From: Octopus vulgaris
Taxonomy: Eukaryota
DNA length: 64,000 nucleotides
Assembly: GCA_951406725.2 (NCBI GenBank)
Contig: OX597816.1
Span: forward strand, 99,820,001 to 99,884,000
Direction of reading: 5' to 3'
The position numbers and the translations under genes are program-made. This document shows, one piece after another, positions 1-19,037 of this stretch (position 1 is the first letter of the stretch; each line of letters opens with the position of its first letter). The notes below the pieces were generated by a model, which did not search any database, was not told the origin of the DNA, and saw nothing but the letters and a program-made list of their open reading frames with translations.

Positions 1-149
1 CAAAACTAAAACCCTGCTAGAAACCTAGAAGGACCATGTGTGAGACGCTCTCATTCACCCTGTGCTCAGCCCTATAACACTCAATCAAAATTCAAACTGA
101 TAAACAACAATGAATCCTACAACTCTCCTCAAACAAATACTGTAGATTA

Positions 150-1400
150 TATTTCCTCTATATTGCCTAATAAACATGGGGAAAGGCCAATTCTCTGGTT
201 TACGCTCCTATTCACTTTAAACGTTAAGAGCTTAGCCAAAATCTTTTTTCAAATAGTAGACTCTAACTTCCCACATCTCCATAAGTACCATTCAATCTTC
301 AACAGATCTACTCTGTAATTATTCCACTCCTCTCCACCCAATATAGAACCTATTGTTACCTCTTCCAATAAGTGTAAACTTAATTCCTACTACCTATATA
401 TATATATATAATTACGGTAATTCAAAATGTGACTGCATGTGTACCATTGGTGATTTTTTTTCCTCTGTCTTCCCTTCCTTGGATCTTTCCTTTTCCTATG
501 TTTCTGACGAAGAGCTCTACTTGAAACATTAAACCCTCTTCTTTCCTGAGCGTCCAATAATACTATACTTGTTCCCCGTCCTCGCGTTGTTGTGTTTTCT
601 CTTTGTGTTTTCATGTTTGGATTAACTATATATAATCCTAACATGGGTCAATACAGTGAAAACACTAACACCGAACATGATAGTATATACCACACCCATA
701 ACCCTAGCACTATAACCAGTATAACCAGGATACAAGCATGTCCACTTCCAAGGTAGGTCAGAGTACAGCTAAAACGAATGTTAATGCTAATAGCACTACT
801 AATGCTAATAATTCTAATACAACCAGTACTACCACTACACTAATACTATTACTATGACTAATCATAATAATAATAATAAAACAAGCCAATCCCCTAATAC
901 CACCCTAAACTTTAACTTGTCCATAAATGGTACAGCATCTTCCCAATCCACAACTAACCTACATAAGACAGATAGTTGCAACTGCCAGTCCAGGACCAAA
1001 TGCCAACTGCATAAGGTTTAACATAGTATACAAATGCATTGTCCACAACATATAATTCTACTAGCTACTACATCAAGTCTACTATTAATTTTAAACAGAG
1101 ATATTCTGCACATCTAAACTCATTTAAATATGAAGAGCATAGCAAATCCATGTCCTTAGCCAACCACATACACCATCTGATAAATAGGAGAGTATCATAT
1201 AGGATATCCTGGGCTATAATAGATTCTGGCTTACTAAGGCCAGTGCTCTACATGTAGACTCTGTCTGAAAGGGCCTTCCAAATATTAATTCATAATTTGC
1301 CACAATTACTCAATAAACAGCATGAAGCATTTTCTACAAGCAAGCATAAGTTCTTTTGCACCTGTAGATTCTTCCATTGATCCAAATGCAAGCAAAACCA
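150..1400 (+). pseudogene. Decayed Penelope-like element (GIY-YIG endonuclease region), interrupted by a TA-flanked insert at ~395-636
   Basis: RPILWF...LNVK...FPHLHKYHSIFNRST (40..318), DSCNCQSRTKCQL (~970), YYIKSTINFKQRYSAHLNSF...ISWAII (1039..1257) and LLNKQHEAF..KHK follow the linker plus GIY-YIG pattern of PLEs; many stops and frameshifts. Confidence 0.75.
410..628 (+). mobile_element. Short TA-flanked PLE-type pseudo-LTR element with hammerhead-like core
   Basis: GTTT-CTGACGA-AGAGCTCTACTT-GAAA-CATT-AAAC at 500..535; flanked by TA runs; similar to the elements at 41310-41740. Confidence 0.6.
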
Positions 1401-1749
1401 ATGCACATAACACTTGCCTATATGCATCCATGGTCATTACAATATATGTACGTTTTTCCTTTCCTTTTCTTCTCTATCAACATAAGTATCTGAGAAGCTA
1501 GCTAGCTTTAATTCATAAATTTTTAATTTCTAACTTTCAATTTTAAATTTTTAACTTAACTTTTTTAATTTTTAATTCTTTAATTCGTATCCTTTATCCA
1601 TTTAATTGTAATTTCATCCTATTTATACCCCTTAAGCTTGGTATCTATTTTTAACTATTCCTACTGGCCACTGGCCACACCCAATCTAGATTCCATCTAT
1701 TTAATAAGCATAAATATCTTTCCACTTTCACTTTATCAAAACCTTTATA

Positions 1750-1865
1750 TGCCAACTGTAGAAGAAGGATTAATGAAAATGCTTTAGCTTGAAAGTTTTG
1801 GCCATACTGAAGCACTGCCAATTGGTATAGCTACATTTTCATTAATCTTTTTTTACTAGTTGGCA
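1750..1865. repeat. Imperfect ~32-bp inverted repeat (hairpin)
   Basis: TGCCAACTGTAGAAGAAGGATTAATGAAAATG (1750) versus CATTTTCATTAATCTTTTTTTACTAGTTGGCA (1834..1865). Confidence 0.75.
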
Positions 1866-1924
1866 TTTGGTGAATGAGGGAGCTTGATGTTGCAGCTCTA
1901 AATTATACAAACACATGTATACAT

Positions 1925-2266
1925 ATTCTTATATTCTTTTTTTTTTTCTGTTTCAATTATCTTGACTATGGCCATGCTGGAGCACCACCTTTAGTCAAAC
2001 AAATCAACTCCACGACTCACTCTTTGTAAGCCTATTACTTATTCTATCGGTCTCTTTTGCCAAACTGCTAAGTTACAGGGATGTAAACACACCAGCATTG
2101 GTTGTCATGCGATAGTGGGGGAACAAACACAGTCACACAAATCCTCTCACAAGGCTTTGTCAGCCCGAGGCTATAGTAGAAGACACTTGCCCAAGGTGCC
2201 ATGCAGTGGGACTGAACCTGGAACCATATGGCTGGGAATCAAGCTTCTTACCACACAGCCACTCTT
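1925..2266 (-). mobile_element. tRNA-derived CORE-type SINE with CR1-like LINE 3' tail
   Basis: Minus strand: A-box-like TGGCTGTGTGG, B-box-like GGTTCAGTCCC, CORE-like CCTTGGGCAAGT; tail GGTGCTCCAGCATGGCC..AGTC...GAAACA resembles the LINE 3' end. Confidence 0.8.
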
Positions 2267-2339
2267 ATATACACATGTGTAAGTATGTATATATGTATAC
2301 CAATCTCCCTCCCTCTCCCTACTCTCTCTCACTTCGGTC

Positions 2340-2493
2340 CACACTGTAAAATGGCTGGCATTTGAAAGACCATCTAGCTGTAAAAAACCATGCCAAAACA
2401 GACACAGAAGTATGGTGCAGGCTTCTGCCTGGCCAGCTCCTGTCAAACCATCCAACCCATGCCAGTATGGAAGGAGGACATTAAATGATGATG

Positions 2494-2495
<2 letters not shown>
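2340..2495 (+). mobile_element. RTE-type 3' tail fragment ending in (GAT)n
   Basis: CCATCCAACCCATGCCAGTATGGAAGGAGGACATTAAATGATGATG; the same tail ends the RTE fragments at ~22560, ~36520 and ~63530. Confidence 0.7.
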
Positions 2496-2541
<46 letters not shown>

Positions 2542-3359
2542 TATGCATTAAGGTTTCTTGTTTTGTTTTTTTTACCTACTCATCAAGTGTTCTTGAAGTA
2601 GTTATCTGAAAGAAGCACCCAGAAAATTATCCTCATTTAATTATTAATTACCAATTATGATTGAACACTACTTTTTATTTTGTTTAATATATAGTAACCA
2701 ATGATCTCTTTTGAAGAAAAATCAGAACAATTAGACTAACATGCAAAATAATCTTTGAAATATTGAAGTGTATGACTTTAATAAACAAAGAATCTTTTCC
2801 TTTAATATTATTGACTGATGGATTATTTCCATGAATATTTGAAGATAAATTTCATGTTCATTCCCTCATTATAAATTGAAAATAATTATTTTTTATGTTT
2901 TCCTTTTAGTGTGTTTTAAATTATGGCATGGCATTTATTTTTCTGAAAATTAAGTCAGTGACCTAGTTTCAATTCTTAAGTGGAATTCTTTCATTGATAT
3001 TAATCATTTCATCAATTCTTTTATGAATAAGATATCATACATATAAGTTAAATATATGGAAAGGATCGTTGTCAGGTCACTTCAATCTATCCTTTATGCC
3101 TTAGATGCATAACTTCTTTGACATTCATTGAGTTCTGAAACATTTTAGCATTGTAAGAATTTTAAACTATCTCTTCAATACCTAGGCATCTTAGAGGTGT
3201 AACACTTTGTTCTACTACTACTACTACTACTACACACACACACACACATACATTTGTATCTATATATATATATATACACCCATGCCGGCATGGAGCACGG
3301 ACATTAAACAATGATGACGACGACGACATACATACATACATCTATATACAGGGAGAGAA

Positions 3360-3583
3360 ATGGTTTCTGTGACTATCATTTTGGTTTCAAATTTTGGCAC
3401 AAGGCCAGCAAGATAGGGGGATGTCAATTTCATCAATTAATTGGTACTTACTTTATCAACCCCAAAAGGGATGAAAGACAAAGTCAATCTCAGTGGAATT
3501 TGAACTCAGAATGTAAAGACAGACGAAATTCTGTTAAACATTTTGCCTGGTGCAGTAACAATTCTGTCAGCTCACCACCTTAA
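3360..3583 (-). mobile_element. Second tRNA-derived SINE family, decayed
   Basis: Minus-strand B-box GAGTTCAAATTCC and tail GGCCTTGTGCCAAAATTTGAAACC, also seen at 54124-54336. Confidence 0.7.
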
Positions 3584-4439
3584 ATCTTATGTTGGAAATG
3601 CTCATGGATATGTTTCATTCTGGTATTACATGATATTGGTTGTTATGTATGGCTTTACATGAGTGTGCAAGGATAGACAGAGGGATATGTTGTTATAATC
3701 TTCAAATTAAAGACACTTTTTACCAAAAATGAAATACAAAATTGCAATATGTTTCTTTGGTTTATGATGAATAGATTAAACATTATTTTAATAACAAAAG
3801 AAGCTTCTAGCAATCTCCACACATTGAATTAATCAATTCATAGATTGCAGTTACATAAATAAACTTTAATCAATAAATCATAATGTTTTACTGTTCTAAC
3901 TTGGTAGTATAGAATGTATTGTTTTGTCTGTATGTCATAATAACTGTACTTTTATTTAGAAATTAAGTTGGATATCAGAAAATAAAATATGCTATCTCAT
4001 TGCTACTTGTTAATTTGTGATTAGAAGGACATTATTTTGTAAGAATATTATTCATCCTTTTCATATCTAACCAAATAAATAAGTGTTAAATTGTCTGATG
4101 AATGTTGTTGAGCAAGAGATAAGCTACTAGAAACTGAGGTTCATACATAGCTGTCAATTCCTAGTTGAGATCAGTTCACTCCATTATGCATTGCTATTGT
4201 TATTGAAAAAGGCTTGAACGTCACAGAATTTTATTCTCATCCTAAATAAAAATGTGCTGCCTTAATTTTAAATTTAAAAAAAAGCTATTAATTCATAAGC
4301 TTTGTTCCCAAATTTCCATAAATTTGGGTTAAAATAATTAACTATGTGGACTCTACAAGATTTCACTTCCTAATCATATAAAAATAATACACAAGTTTTT
4401 ATCATCTAGCTAGACTTACAATTTTCTACTCAAGTGTCA

Positions 4440-4900
4440 GAAATGCTTTCACACTTCAACATCATTCATCCAATAAGCCTGTCAACATTGTTAGTGCCAA
4501 ACCTCATCCTCTACACTACACATGACACAAGGGATGTGTTGTATGACTCTCTCATGAACATTGCAAGGGAGACCAAGCAAGCAAAACTGCATGGTGATTT
4601 CAGCACCAGAGTGTGTGCCAGCCATGATTCATGGCCAAGTTGCCTGAGGCAGCATAAATTACAACAGGCTATGATTGCTTGAGTTTCGCACAGTCCATGA
4701 ACTATGTATCAACAACACTTACATCTAGAATACTTATATCTAGAATACAAAGTGTCTTGGAGACATCCTTACTCCAAACACTGGCACCAAATAAACCTGA
4801 TATTTACAAACTGCTCCCATCAGAGAAACATGCTTATGACTCAATATTTTCAGAGTGCTGACTTCATAGTAGATCAGTCTCTGGTTTACTGCAAGTTGCC
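4440..4900 (+). pseudogene. Decayed RTE-clade LINE APE endonuclease fragment
   Basis: LHGDFSTRV, YKVSWRHPYSKHWHQINLI and QSAD..DQSLV correspond to the GDFNARVG, TWxHPxSKxWHxID and DH motifs of the RTE APE domain. Confidence 0.7.
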
Positions 4901-5856
4901 TCCTTGGAAGCATTCTCACACACACTGCTATTGCCACCATCACCTCCATGTTGTTTCATTTTGGATCAACCAGCCAACCAACCAACAGATCAGAAGGCTG
5001 CATGTTCGTATCAAGTTGGGGTCACCAATATTTAGCCACTTTTAGTAGCCTGTAAGTGTGTCTGGTAGTTGAACATGCGATGCTCAGCTAAATTAAATCT
5101 TCTAGTTCGGATGGCTGGTTGGTTGGTCAAAACCAAAACGACAGAGAGATGATGTATGTTCAGTCTGCTGGCTCATCGAGAGAACTTGCTGAACAGCCAG
5201 CGTTGACATGAGTGAATGAACTATGTGCCAAGCAAGCTCTAAAGCAAAGGAAAGAAAATTCTCTAGTGAGAAATGGTGACTGACATGCTTTATACAAATG
5301 CCAAACCAGAAGCAGAAGGAACCATTCCATTCTAACCAATCACAGAGAACAACAACAAACAAAAAAGGTGCAACCACACAAAGTCGACTGAGCCAACTTT
5401 GAAATGGAGAAATGTATATTTGCATGCAAGCCAATATCAAACACAGAGCTGCTACAACTTCTTAGCCACTCAGCCACACTTATACCTATGTATGTTTCTG
5501 TATATAATTGATGTAGACATGACATATAGTGTTATATACTTGTTTCTTCCAGAGCCATTAAAATCATAAAAAATATTGTATAGAAGAAATGACGTGATCT
5601 GTGGCAAGTTAATTACTTTTAAGTTAACAAACTGTTTTTAAATTATTCACCTGTCATCATAAGCTATTGTTATCAACACTATTTCAACAAATCAAAATTT
5701 TTTTATTCAATATTCTAATGTATTATTGCTATGGTTGTTGTAAAGTTTTTTATGTAATTATTGTAAGATTATAATAATGTCATGTATAAATTGCATCTTA
5801 GCTATTGTTAGGCTATATCTAAGTTAGTGCAAGTCTTTCACTAAAGGACTAACAAA

Positions 5857-7084
5857 CAAGGTGGGGCAGAGACGATGGACGTTTTTGAAATGTCTATTAC
5901 TCAGCCCCAATGGTGTCCTGGCATTCTTTTTTCTTTTCAGGTGAAGCCATGGCACTGTAGACAATAGAGCATCGCATGTTTGCCTATGACTGCTACATGA
6001 AGAGTAATGAGTCTGTCATAGCAGTTCAGCATGAGTTTCGGTGCCACTTCAGCATTCACCAAAATCAGGTTGTTCCCACCCATAACACAATCATAGGAGA
6101 CTGGTGGGAGCGCCACAAATGGTTTAGACCTCGGAAAATGTGGAAGCCTTGATACAGAATCTGAATCGCTCTGCTCAGAGGTATTCCACTGAACTTGGCA
6201 TTGGTAATTAATCAGTAAGGTGTATTTTGCATGAAGACCTGCATTTCCACCTGTACAAATTGGTCATTGGGCAACAGTTAAGACCATGTGACTACACACA
6301 GCAGCTTAACTTTGCACATCAGATGGAAGCCATTTTTGAGGCAAATGAGAACCTCATTTTCTTAATGAGTGATGAAGCTCATTTTCATCTCAATGGCATG
6401 GTGAATCAACAGAACTGTTGTTACTGGGCTCTTGAAAATCCAAGAGAACTGCAAGAAAGACCATTGTTGCACAGCCCAAAATCGACGGTCTGGTGTGCTG
6501 TTGGAAAAGCTGCCATCATTCGTCCTTGCTTTTTGTTACTGTGACCTCTGAGCATTACATCGAGATGATAAGCAACTTCTTTGTGCCTGAATTACTATGA
6601 AAACGTATGCCAATCTTATGTGTGTAGTTTCAGCTGGATAGGGCAACAGCCCACACAGCCACAGAATCATTGAACGTTCTTTGCCCTCTCTTCAGTGACC
6701 ACCTCATTTCCAGGTTTGCTGACATACCTTGGCCCCCTCGATCCCCTGATTTGTCTATGTGTGATTATTTCTTGTGGAAAAACCTCAAGGCATGTGTGTA
6801 AGTGCATAAGCCCCATACATGGGACAATTTGAAGGAAGCTATTCACGTGGAAGTCACCCAAATTGACTGAGCAATGCTGGAGCGAGTAGAGGCCAACTTC
6901 CAAGAATGCCTTCAGAAATGCATGTATGAAAACGGACACCACACAATGGATATTGTTTGCTACACTTGATTTCGACAAATGCCAATTCAGTATGAACACA
7001 CTGATGTCAATAAAATTTGTTTGCAGCTAAAATTAATGATTTTGTGAATTTTTGCACAATGTCCATCCTCTCTGCCCCACCCTG
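5857..7084 (+). mobile_element. Tc1/mariner superfamily DD41D (rosa/Visitor-type) DNA transposon, decayed
   Basis: 24-bp TIRs CAAGGTGGGGCAGAGACGATGGAC / GTCCATCCTCTCTGCCCCACCCTG followed by TA; motifs MSDEAHFHLNG, QLDRATAH and WPPRSPDLSMCDYFLW; 41 residues counted between the 2nd and 3rd Asp; stops and frameshifts. Confidence 0.9.
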
Positions 7085-8614
7085 TACTATAATTTTCATA
7101 TTATTTCTCTGTACACATTCTATATTTCAACTCCTCAGACTTTAAACTATATACTTCCTATCCTTTGGTATAAGAAAGTAAGGAAAGTAGTTTTTTTTTA
7201 AACATCCAACATCTCATAAGAAGTATATTCTACAATTTCACAAGGGTGAATGAATCAAGGGTAAAATTTTGTAGATTATCCACGTTTTTGCTGTTAATCC
7301 TTTGGAATGATATAGTCCAGAAGTATGAAATACATGTGTGTAATACTTACTGAGTTTGAATTATTGCTCAGAAAGGCAGACGTTAAATGACAATGACGAC
7401 AACAACGATGATGAAAGAGTTTTGAAATGTGGCACTCAGTTCCTGTTGTTTTTATGCTGGTGTTATGAGGTCAAGAAAAAATAGGTGGAAGTCAGAATAG
7501 GAAGAGTGTTTAAGGTTTAAAAGTACTTGTTTCCTTTTTTGTCTGACATGGTACAATCTCAAGAGAATACAAAGAAGAGAAATATTGAATATTTTTATAT
7601 TTTTTTGCATATTTAATAAAGCTGATATAAATTTGAAGAAAGTTACAAAATTGTTTCAACTGTAGAATCATACAGGATAATAAGAAAGCACAAGAGATAG
7701 AAGTTAATAATTGGTTACAGATGCAAATTGCTATTAATTTTTTTCCTTTCTTATCAAAATAAACATAATAGCACTTTACTGTTTTCTATAACTGTCTATA
7801 TAAGTATTTCTTCAAGAACTATAACAACATATAAAATCTACAATTTGTGACTGAAAAATAGAAAGATATTTAATATTAAGAAAACTTTCTTTGAATTCAT
7901 TCTATGTCAAAGAGATTAAACCATTGAAAAATTGTTATAATCTAATTCTTGTCTGCTGTTTACTGTTGCACAAATTCAGATATTCAACCAACAGATATTT
8001 CCCTTGAGAGAGTTGCATAGAGTGAATTATGAATTACTTGCAAAACTGTTTACTTTATTAATTTTCCTAGGCTTCCAAGCAAACTTAGCTCAGAAAATTT
8101 CAGGCTATGGCATTTAATCAATAACATCACATGAAGTGGGTTCAGCCTTGTAAAAATGAAAGAAAGAAAGTAGAATGTGAAGACCATATCAAATATTAAA
8201 GTTACAAAAATAAAAAAAAATAACAATAATAGTTATTGATTCAAAAGACATTTTAATAATCAACATTCTTGCTTGTTTAGCAGCAAATCTTGTATTTCTT
8301 TTAGATGCACATATCATTATCATGATGCATTTACTGTTTATTTTTTTTGGTTATAAATATTGATTGCAGAAACCTTGAAGTTTCTTCCAGAAATTCAAAG
8401 AATTTTGGATAGCTCTTAGACAGTTTGGCAATAATCTAGGTATGATTTTCTTACTATTTATGACTGGTTTACCAAAAGGACTTGCATGATTGTAAATGCA
8501 GCAAGATTTCAACAAGTGTTCTAGTTGTTTTTTAATTTTTTTTCATGAACAGAAATGATTAATTCAATTAATATTGCTACTGCCACCATTAATACCACAA
8601 TTAGCATCAGCATG

Positions 8615-9240
8615 ACTATTTTAATACCTCATTTTGTATATGGATGACCTTAGGTTGAGTGCTGCAGACGATAAACAGCAAGAACTACAGCTGCAGTCAT
8701 TACTCAAAATTACTAAAGGAATTGATATGAGATTCAGATTAGAAAAATGTGCCAAGCAATCTTGTAGGTAAGATAATAAATTAAGGAAACTAATTCCATG
8801 TTTGATAAAGGAACAGAGATAAAATAATTTCACCCAGCACAAACCTATCAGTATTTAGGAATCAATGAACTACACAGAAAACTAATTGCACATGAATAAA
8901 AGAGAAGGTTAAGAAAGAAAATTATCTTAAATTAAATTAAAGCAAAACATAGAGCTAAATAAGAAAAATACAGTAATACTCATCAATATTGTATTTCAGT
9001 AATAACTTATAGTTAAAATATTCTCAACTTGATGCTAAATGAACAAGATAGACTACACCAAGGAACGAGTAAAAGAATAAAGAATTTAGAATGCACCACT
9101 CTTTAAATCTAACTTATATATACTATGTATACAGGAAGGTAAGGACTTTTATGTGATAAAAATTTTAATAGAATATCAACAGAAAAAGTACAAAAGTATC
9201 TAATAAGGAATAATGTAAACCTAATACAAATGGCTATGAA
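8615..9240 (+). pseudogene. Decayed R4/Dong-like non-LTR RT fragment
   Basis: YMDDLRL-AA...IDMRFRLEKCAK...YQYLGINE resembles the YMDDLKL / FGLEKCA / YKYLG motifs of R4-clade RT. Confidence 0.6.
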
Positions 9241-9295
9241 ATGCAAGTAAAATTAAAAAAAAAAAAAAAGAACTGTTTCTTACTTCAGAGAAGTA

Positions 9296-15205
<5,910 letters not shown>

Positions 15206-15256
15206 GATATATATATATATGTATATATATATATATGTAATATATATATATATATG

Positions 15257-15297
<41 letters not shown>

Positions 15298-15339
15298 TAT
15301 ATATATATACATATATATATATATACATATATATATATA

Positions 15340-15383
<44 letters not shown>

Positions 15384-15399
15384 TATATATATATATATA

Positions 15400-15816
15400 T
15401 ATAATGGAACCTGCTGGCATGGAGAAACAGGGGAAGGATGCAGGTTCGCTCATCCCAGGCCCTATGGAAATTGCATCAAACCCACTCGACCAAAATGCCT
15501 TAACCAAAACCAGAACAAATACAAGCTGCCCCAGAAATATGCAGACATAGTGTGTAATGCCCCAACAAGGAGAAGGCGCACATTTGCAGAGAAAATGCAG
15601 ACGGCGGCAGCAGAACAAAGAAATTTTGTGGAAATGGCAGAGAAAATTGTGGGACAACTGGCCTGGATACATCGTCTTCAGAGCCAGGGGCACTCACAAC
15701 AGCACTCAAGACCACCACAATCAAGGGACCCAGGGTGGCCACCGCTGACGCCGGCCCAGGTGCCACACCGTCAGCCTTTATTGACACCCCGGGTGTCTCA
15801 CCAGTGCTTCTGCTGA
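15400..15816 (+). pseudogene. C-terminal remnant of LINE ORF1 with partial CCCH zinc finger
   Basis: Open frame [35 protein letters not shown]...SHQCFC*, overlapping the ORF2 frame. Confidence 0.65.
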
Positions 15817-18800
15817 ATGTCAGAGGTCTGGTGAAACCCACTAATATGGGTAAAATTCCTTACCTTAGGGACTTGAGCACAAGCAACCATGCAATATGCA
15901 TAGCGCTGACTGAAACGCACCTGTCAAGCAGTATAGCAGATGCAGAGATACACATACCGAAGTATGCTGTTTTTCGGTCGGACAGGAAGGAAAGAACTCA
16001 TGGTGGGGTTGCCCTGTACGTCCGTGAAGATGTCACACCCATAGTACTGTTGACACACTCAAACTCAGTCTGTGACACACTGATAGTACACATGAAACAA
16101 CCGAAAATAGTAATATGTGTCACATATCGGCCACCAGACACCCCTAGTCATGAAGGAGTGTTTGAAGATAGCCTCAGAAGAATAGAAGAAGTCCTGGACA
16201 AACTGGACCAGGGTAACACCATTCTACTGCTGGGAGATTTTAACCTTCCGAAAGTCAAATGGCCAGATGGCCATCTCCTCCCTGGAATGACATCACTTGA
16301 ACAGAGACAGACAGAGTCCTTGTTGGCTCTCACACGCAAGTTTTTCATGGAGCAAGCAGTGCTTTGGCCAACAAGAGGTGAGAATGTCTTGGACCTCTGT
16401 TTCACAAGCAACCCGATGCTCATCCACAACATAATGGTAACACCAACAATTCTCTCAGATCACAACTTAGTAGAGGTAATGATATATGGTATGAGAGAGT
16501 TAGTTGAGACGCAGCCATTAGAAAATACCACAGGCCTATCCAGTCTAAACTTCCATAAGGCAAACTGGAAGAAGATCAACGAAGAGATCCGAAAACATGA
16601 CTGGAGTGACTTCATCACCACACAAGACACCAACACACATTTCCAACATTTCATGACAACAATACAGAACATATGCCATAAGTTTGTCCCGGAGAAAAAG
16701 CCAGCGGGCATAGGAACGTTATTCCCAGAGACAGGAAAATACTTATGAGGCGAAGAGCTAAGCTCTCGAAGCAACTGAATGCACGGCAGAGAAACAATGA
16801 GGGACTCCACCTGAAACTTTTTGAAACGGAAACTGCACTCAAACTTTCCTATGAGAAGGAGAGGGCAGAGAGAGAAGCCAGGGCCATAGAGAATATTAAA
16901 ACAAACCCTAAAGCCTTCTTTAAATTTGCGAAAGAAACCACCTCGGTACACTGCAAGATTGGCCCACTCTTTGATAAAAAGGGCTCTCTAACTGAGGACC
17001 CCCAAGGGATAAGTGAAATACTAAAGGAACAGTATAAAAGTGTGTTCACATCCCCTCTGGGGCACATGCAAATCACAAACCCAGAAGTTCTCTTTGATGC
17101 CACAACACTCCAAAACCAAACAACAACCATCGACCACATAGACATAACAGAGAGGGATGTAATATCTGCCATAGAAGAAATGAGAATAAACTCAGCTGCT
17201 GGACCAGATGGATTCCCAGCAGTCCTCCTAAGAACATGCAGGCATGCCCTAGCGGGACCACTGAAGAAACTCTTCAGTGGTTCCTTGGCTAATGGTAAAC
17301 TGCCCAGGGCGCTAAAAGAAGGCACCATATGCCCTATCCACAAAGGAGGGAGTAGAGCAGAGGCCAAAAACTACAGGCCAGTCTCCCTGACGTCACACAT
17401 AAGTAAGGTCATGGAACGAATCATCAGAAAAAAACTGATCACGTTCCTCGAAGAAACTAACCGTCTCACTGACACACAGCATGGCTTTCGCCCAGGAAGA
17501 AGCTGCCTTACGCAGCTGTTACAACACTACGACTGGGTACTGAAACAACTACTGGATCGCTCACAGGTGGATGTGGTATATCTCGACTTTGCGAAGGCCT
17601 TTGACAAAGTCGACCACGGAGTGATATGTCACAAATTACTCAGACTCGGCATAACAGGAAAAGTAGGTGAGTGGATACATGACTTCCTGAAGGACAGAAG
17701 CCAGATGGTTGCAGCCAATGGAGCCCTCTCGGGAAAGACACCAATAGCAAGCGGGGTGCCACAGGGCACAGTCTTGGGACCCTTGCTGTTTTTGGTGGCG
17801 CTCTCTGACATGCCCTTGGTAGCACAAACAACATCCCTCACTAGCTATGCTGATGACACAAAGGTAGCACAGGCAATCAAAAACCCAGCTGATGCTGACC
17901 TTTTACAACAAGATCTGGATGCCATATACAAATGGGCTGAAGACAACAACATGCAATTTAATGCTGGTAAATTTCAAGCCTTACAATATCAAGCTGTAAA
18001 CACATATACATTACAGCACAACTATACTGGTCCAGGAGGGATCGAAATCCCAGTATCGAAATCAATACGGGACCTGGGGATGAACATGAGTGACGATGCA
18101 TCTTTTTCTTCACACATCGCGAAGGTGGCGACAATGTGCAGACGACTCACTGGCTGGATCCTGAGGACATTCCGGACAAAAGACTGCGAGACCATGTTGA
18201 CACTATGGAGGACATTTGTCCTAAGCCGCCTGGACTACTGCTCCCAACTGTGGTCACCGCATAGTGTCAAACTAACCACAGAGCTTGAGACAATCCAAAG
18301 ACATTTCACCAAGAGGATTTCCACCATGAAAGAAAAGAACTATTGGGAGAGGCTTAGGGAACTCAATTTGTACTCCTTGGAACGAAGACGAGAGAGATAT
18401 GCAGTGATATACATATGGAAAATCCTGGAGGGACTAGCACCAAATTTTGGAATTGAGAGCTGTTCCAATCCCCGTACAGGACGTCACTGTGTGGTGCCAA
18501 AGGTCCCGTCTTCCACATCCAGGGTAAGGAGCAGATACTGTAATAGCCTGGGGTTCAGGGGCCCTCAGCTTTTCAACAAACTGCCAAGAAAACTAAGAGA
18601 TCTACATGATGCGGATGTGGACATTTTCAAAAAACATCTAGACAAGCTGCTTTCCGGGATCCCAGATGAACCCACTGCAAGGTACGAAGGTAACCTAAGG
18701 GCAGCAGCTACAAACTCTCTCTTAGATCAGTGGCCAGCCACGGCAAACTGGACTTAGAGAGGGTAGCAACAAGGGCGGTGCCCCAGCATGGCCTCAGCCG

Positions 18801-18823
18801 GATGGCTGAAACAAGTAAAAGAG
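15402..18823 (+). mobile_element. CR1/L2-group LINE copy 2 (longer 5' end; 1-bp frameshift at ~16695)
   Basis: ORFs 15735..16748 and 16745..18757 together reproduce the copy 1 protein; GAGAAAAAGCC (A5) versus A6 in copy 1; TA arrays on both sides. Confidence 0.95.
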
Positions 18824-18990
18824 TATATATATATATATGTACATATATATATATATTTATATATATATATATATATATGTACATATATATATATGTACAT
18901 ATATATATATGTACATATATATATATATGTACATATATATATACATATATATATATGTACATATATATATATACATATATATATATGTAC

Positions 18991-19037
<47 letters not shown>

